Shown here: one piece after another, positions 60,488 through 64,000 of the stretch
Numbering within the stretch: the first letter of the stretch is position 1
Layout of the letters: every line of letters begins with the position of its first letter
Source of the DNA: Terriglobia bacterium
GTDB lineage: Bacteria > Acidobacteriota > Terriglobia > 2-12-FULL-54-10
NCBI GenBank assembly: GCA_963666975.2
Contig: CAXVYR010000004.1
Coordinates: forward strand, 2,304,001 to 2,368,000
Reading direction: 5' to 3'
DNA length: 64,000 nt
The notes under the pieces: model-generated
Databases searched by the model: none
What the model saw: only the letters and a program-made list of their open reading frames with translations
What the model was told of the DNA's origin: nothing
Program-made: the position numbers and the translations under genes

Positions 60488-61164
60488 ATGTTCCACCGAA
60501 TGAGAAATGTAGTTTTGGCATGTCTGCTGGCTTTCGGACTGTGCTCTGTTACAGAAGCGGTGGCCGATCCCATCCTATCAGTGGATGATGCCGTATTCGG
60601 TATCGATTCCATTACCCGAGACCCGAACTCTGGACTTGACTGGCTCGATCTAACTTTCACTGCTGGCAGGTCATTCAATGATATCAATTCTCAGTTAGGT
60701 CTAGGTGGCGAATTTGAGGGATTTCACCACGCATCAGGTGCCGACGTGTTCACTTTGTTCACAAATGCAGGTATTTCTGACATCAACAGTGTAATTTGAA
60801 TTCTGCCAATTCGGCCCCAGTTTTGGGGTTACTGGATTTATGGGGAACTCTTCAGGATACAACTAACATTAAAAAATCGCAAATGATGGTTGCAGACCAC
60901 TCGGGAGATTCGGGAACTGGACGATTCGTAGGGTCATTACTATGGATTGACGACCCTTCGGGTGGGGGCGCATTGGCACGAATCAAAGGCCCTACAGGGA
61001 GCTCGACGAGCGTGGATGAATTCCATCCCCATATTGCCCACGCGTTGATACGTGGTGATGGTGTTCCACCGCCAATCCCAGAACCAGCCACTCTCCTCCT
61101 TCTCGGCTCCGGCCTGGCAGGACTGGCGGGGTTTGGAAGGAAGAGGTTTTCCAGAAAGACGTGA
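60488..61164 (+). pseudogene. PEP-CTERM protein with one frameshift near 60795
   Basis: Signal peptide; TRDPNSGLDWLDL; C-terminal IPEPATLLLLGSGLAGLAGFGRKRF. Confidence 0.8.
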
Positions 61165-61795
61165 AGCCTCTTGTGGATTCGGCATCAACCGCCCAATCTT
61201 CTCCAGAAACCACGCCTTTACACCCCTCCAGATTTCACGGAGAGGCCCCTACTTCTAGGTTTTTTGCCATTCTCTCGGACATCCTATACCTGAGTACCCC
61301 CGGAACCAAAGAGGGCCTGAAATCTAGGAGTGTGAAAAAAATATGGGGAGGGGGTGGAATTGCGAATCAGCCTAACCTGACTATAGTATTCTTCACAGCC
61401 TTCATTAAACGATTCCGAATTGCTTGTACATGATTCCCCTCAGCTCTCTTTCTTGATTTCAGGGAAATGCTTCTCGATCTTCGCGAGAAGGATGAGATTT
61501 GGTGAGATGCATTTGGGTATGGTGAGATGCATTTGGGTATCTTGAATGTTCGGCCGTCCTTGGAGCTCAACTCGATGAACGTATCGAATTGGTCGGCTTT
61601 CTTTGTGTGGACAGAAGCGAGATCAGTCCATTTCAGTTCTGCTCCTGAGATAGTGATGCCTTCATCGGACAGTTCCACAGAGAACGCAAACCACCGAAAA
61701 AGTGGAATGAACTTCCAAACAGCCCATCCTGCCAAACCGAGGAGAATGAGCGGCCCCCACTCACTTACCTCGAAGGGGAAGGGTATATAGGGGGA

Positions 61796-63125
61796 CACTG
61801 CTGTCCGGTTAAAACTCGAACAGAATCAACTGGTTGGGATTTCTGACTAAATCGTCTGGGGAGCCCGATGCTTCCAAGGCCTGTAAAATGGGCACTTTCT
61901 CGAAAAGAGTAACACTGAGAATCTGTAAAATTTGGTAAAGGCTGGCTTCCAAAGCGAGACGCTTCCGGACAATGGCCACGAGTACATAGATCGAAACGGC
62001 GATCCAGATTTGAGTCTTCACTGCGTTTTGGCTGGTGCCATAGAATGCCTTGATTCGCAGGTGCTGCTTGATCCATTTGAAGAACAGTTCCACCTGCCAG
62101 CGGCACTTGTAGATTTGAGCGATAGTGAGTGCGGGTAGCACGAAATTGTTGGTAAGAAACTTCAGGCGCTTGTTTGTTTCTGCATCGAAGTACGTAACGC
62201 GCCGTAGCGGATCGGGGTATGCCCTGGCCGAGGCGTTCCCGGTCAGGATCACGGTATGATCGGATCGCAAGCCGCTGGTTCTGTCTGCTGGATGAGAATA
62301 GCGGCGTTGGAGCAAGACGTTCTCTTTCGTCCGCACGACGAAAAATGCGGAGCAGAGTGTGAAGACAAAGAGTCGCTCGAAGTCGATGTAGCCGCGATCC
62401 ATCACGTAGAACGCGCCCGCTTCCGGAACGATCTCGTCGAGGATGTTGACATCGTGCACGGCACCGGCCGTGACGCGGAGAAACGTGGGGATGTTGCCCT
62501 GCAGGTCCAGCAGCGTATGCAGTTTGACGGCAGCCTTGTGTTGGCGGAATCGTGCCCACGGAAACAGCGAGAGGCAGAGGTCGATGGTGGTGGAGTCCAG
62601 CGCGTACAGGCTCTGATCCAGATCGACGCCGATCGGATCGCGCGCATACAAAGGCCGTGCGATGCCGATCAACACCTGGGCGAAGTCCGCGTAGATGCGC
62701 CAGTCGTGCGACTCGTTGGCATCGGCCAGTGTCGAGCGCGCCACGTTGCCGCGCAATCCGATGTGGTAGAGTTTGCTGGTCATGGAACGCAGACACGCCT
62801 CGATGTCGCGGAGACTCTCGCGGTAAGTCAACTGAGCGAACGCCATCGCCAGAAACTGGTCCCAGCAAGAAAAGCTTCGCAGGTGATCGTCGCCACGGTA
62901 GCGCGTGACGCATTTGTGAAACTCGTACGAGGGCACGTGATCCATAAGCTGAGCGAAAACGGTGCGACCGATGTTCATGCACTCTTCTGTCGCCTACCCC
63001 AGTCTTTACGTTCAAAGCCATTTTTCGCCCTCGCGGATTTCAAATCGAAAAATGCTCCAATGCCCGTAACCTTTTGCTCTCATGAGACTTGTTGGCTGTT
63101 CTGAAATTTTAGCCGGACAGCAGTG
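61796..63125 (-). mobile_element. IS4-family insertion sequence
   Basis: IRs CACTGCTGTCCGGTTAAAA / TTTTAGCCGGACAGCAGTG; 9-bp target duplication ATAGGGGGA. Confidence 0.92.
61809..62978 (-). CDS. IS4-family transposase (DUF4372 + DDE)
   Basis: ALDSTTIDL, VMDRGY, YKCRWQVELFFKWIKQHL. Confidence 0.93.
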   Translation of the reverse strand: MNIGRTVFAQLMDHVPSYEFHKCVTRYRGDDHLRSFSCWDQFLAMAFAQLTYRESLRDIEACLRSMTSKLYHIGLRGNVARSTLADANESHDWRIYADFAQVLIGIARPLYARDPIGVDLDQSLYALDSTTIDLCLSLFPWARFRQHKAAVKLHTLLDLQGNIPTFLRVTAGAVHDVNILDEIVPEAGAFYVMDRGYIDFERLFVFTLCSAFFVVRTKENVLLQRRYSHPADRTSGLRSDHTVILTGNASARAYPDPLRRVTYFDAETNKRLKFLTNNFVLPALTIAQIYKCRWQVELFFKWIKQHLRIKAFYGTSQNAVKTQIWIAVSIYVLVAIVRKRLALEASLYQILQILSVTLFEKVPILQALEASGSPDDLVRNPNQLILFEF

Positions 63126-63561
63126 ATAGGGGGAATATAGTGCCCACACTCCGATGCCGAAAAAGGCTAGCGGAGCTAAGACCCGTAACACGAGCAACAA
63201 GCGAAAGAATGGGTGGATTTGGAACTTGTCTACGGCCATTTGCGAAAACCTTGTATGCGCAGAATCATACACCCGGAATCTGGGGGTGTGAAAAAAAATC
63301 GGGGTCGTGGATTTTGGGATTGAGAAAAAAGAAACTATCCAGGAAGACGTAACAACCCGAAGGAGACCGTCGAGCTTAACAATCAGCCGTCTACAATCGC
63401 GCCCTCAATCATCTGTTTGTAGTGACTGTAGTGGGTATATAGGGAGAGTATATGAGGAGGACTCCGGCCAACTCCTCTCCGCCTTTTCCTCTCATACCCC
63501 CTCACAAGTCACTACACCCACTACAGGGTCTGCGGAGACGGCCATTCCCGCCAGACCGGCT

Positions 63562-63710
63562 GACCCCCTTGGACAATTGCTACGCCCTCCGCTCCAGAGC
63601 AGACCATCCCACCGCATCCTGTACCCCGGAATCAGTTTCATACCGGCTGACCCAATTGCAGGCCGTGATGTACATTCGCACACTGGTGGTACAAGATATC
63701 GGTCTGGTCA
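63562..63710. repeat. Diverged ~145-bp repeat, copy B
   Basis: Aligns with 56834-56977. Confidence 0.8.
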
Positions 63711-63738
63711 GTCACCGAGTCATGCGACAATACTCCGC

Positions 63739-64000
63739 ATGATTATCCGTAATGCCGCTTCCACGGCTGTGTTCAGTCGCGAAAAAATGGGTAAGGCCAC
63801 TCTGGCCTCAACCGATCTCCTGTTTGCAGGCCTCAATGCGTTCGAGCCAGGGCACGAGCACCGGCTGCACACACACAAAGGGCAGGATAAGTTCTATCTC
63901 GTGCTCGAAGGAGAGGGTGAGGTGACAGTAGGGACCCAACGGTCACGCATTAAACCTGGCGATTTTGTGTTAGCGCGTTCCGGGGAAGAACACGGTTTGC
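63739..64000 (+). CDS. Cupin-domain protein (3' end beyond the window)
   Basis: FSREKMGK…GLNAFEPGHEHRLHTHKGQDKFYLVLEGEG…GEEHG; absent from the ORF track because it has no stop in the window. Confidence 0.8.
   Translation, partial: MIIRNAASTAVFSREKMGKATLASTDLLFAGLNAFEPGHEHRLHTHKGQDKFYLVLEGEGEVTVGTQRSRIKPGDFVLARSGEEHGL

Larger units (their letters stand above)
61405..63239 (-). pseudogene. Small membrane protein gene interrupted by IS4 and by a 20-bp tandem duplication
   Basis: Removing the IS and one target copy restores …VWALYSPY-IPFPFEV…; removing the duplication at 61501-61540 restores …KCISPNLILLAKIEK…FGIV*. Confidence 0.72.

Overview
GC-rich bacterial chromosome segment whose gene content and repeats point to Acidobacteriota (inferred from a TIGR03437-type C-terminal domain, typical small hypothetical proteins and REP-like repeats). 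In order: a cobalamin-type uptake operon (TonB receptor, ABC system) with cobQ; an IS3-family copy; an nmrA/DUF1772 cluster ending in a decayed AhpD-like selenoprotein gene; prfA and prmC split by a cassette-like insert (TA remnant, TA pair, double-HEPN protein); dinB, cca, GT9; LysR; a Tat-signal amidase with a GatC-like partner; an ECF sigma/anti-sigma pair; an IS1202-type element with a 16-bp target duplication; iscS/fdx; a cluster of exported kinase-fold proteins, an exported metallophosphoesterase and Npt/TLC-like nucleotide transporter genes, cut by a second IS3 copy; htrA; a broken Ser/Thr kinase; a complete mrpABCDEFG operon; and an island beginning at a tRNA-Val(TAC) broken at the anticodon loop, carrying DUF3800, a sigma54 regulator, IS256, a PEP-CTERM gene, IS4, dispersed repeats and a cupin gene. 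The best candidate for an undescribed system is the exported kinase-fold/phosphatase/nucleotide-translocase cluster, which may perform extracytoplasmic phosphorylation. Next are the double-HEPN cassette and the DUF3800 gene with a structured leader. All family calls come from motif recognition by eye, with no database search. Several frameshifts and duplications could be assembly errors.
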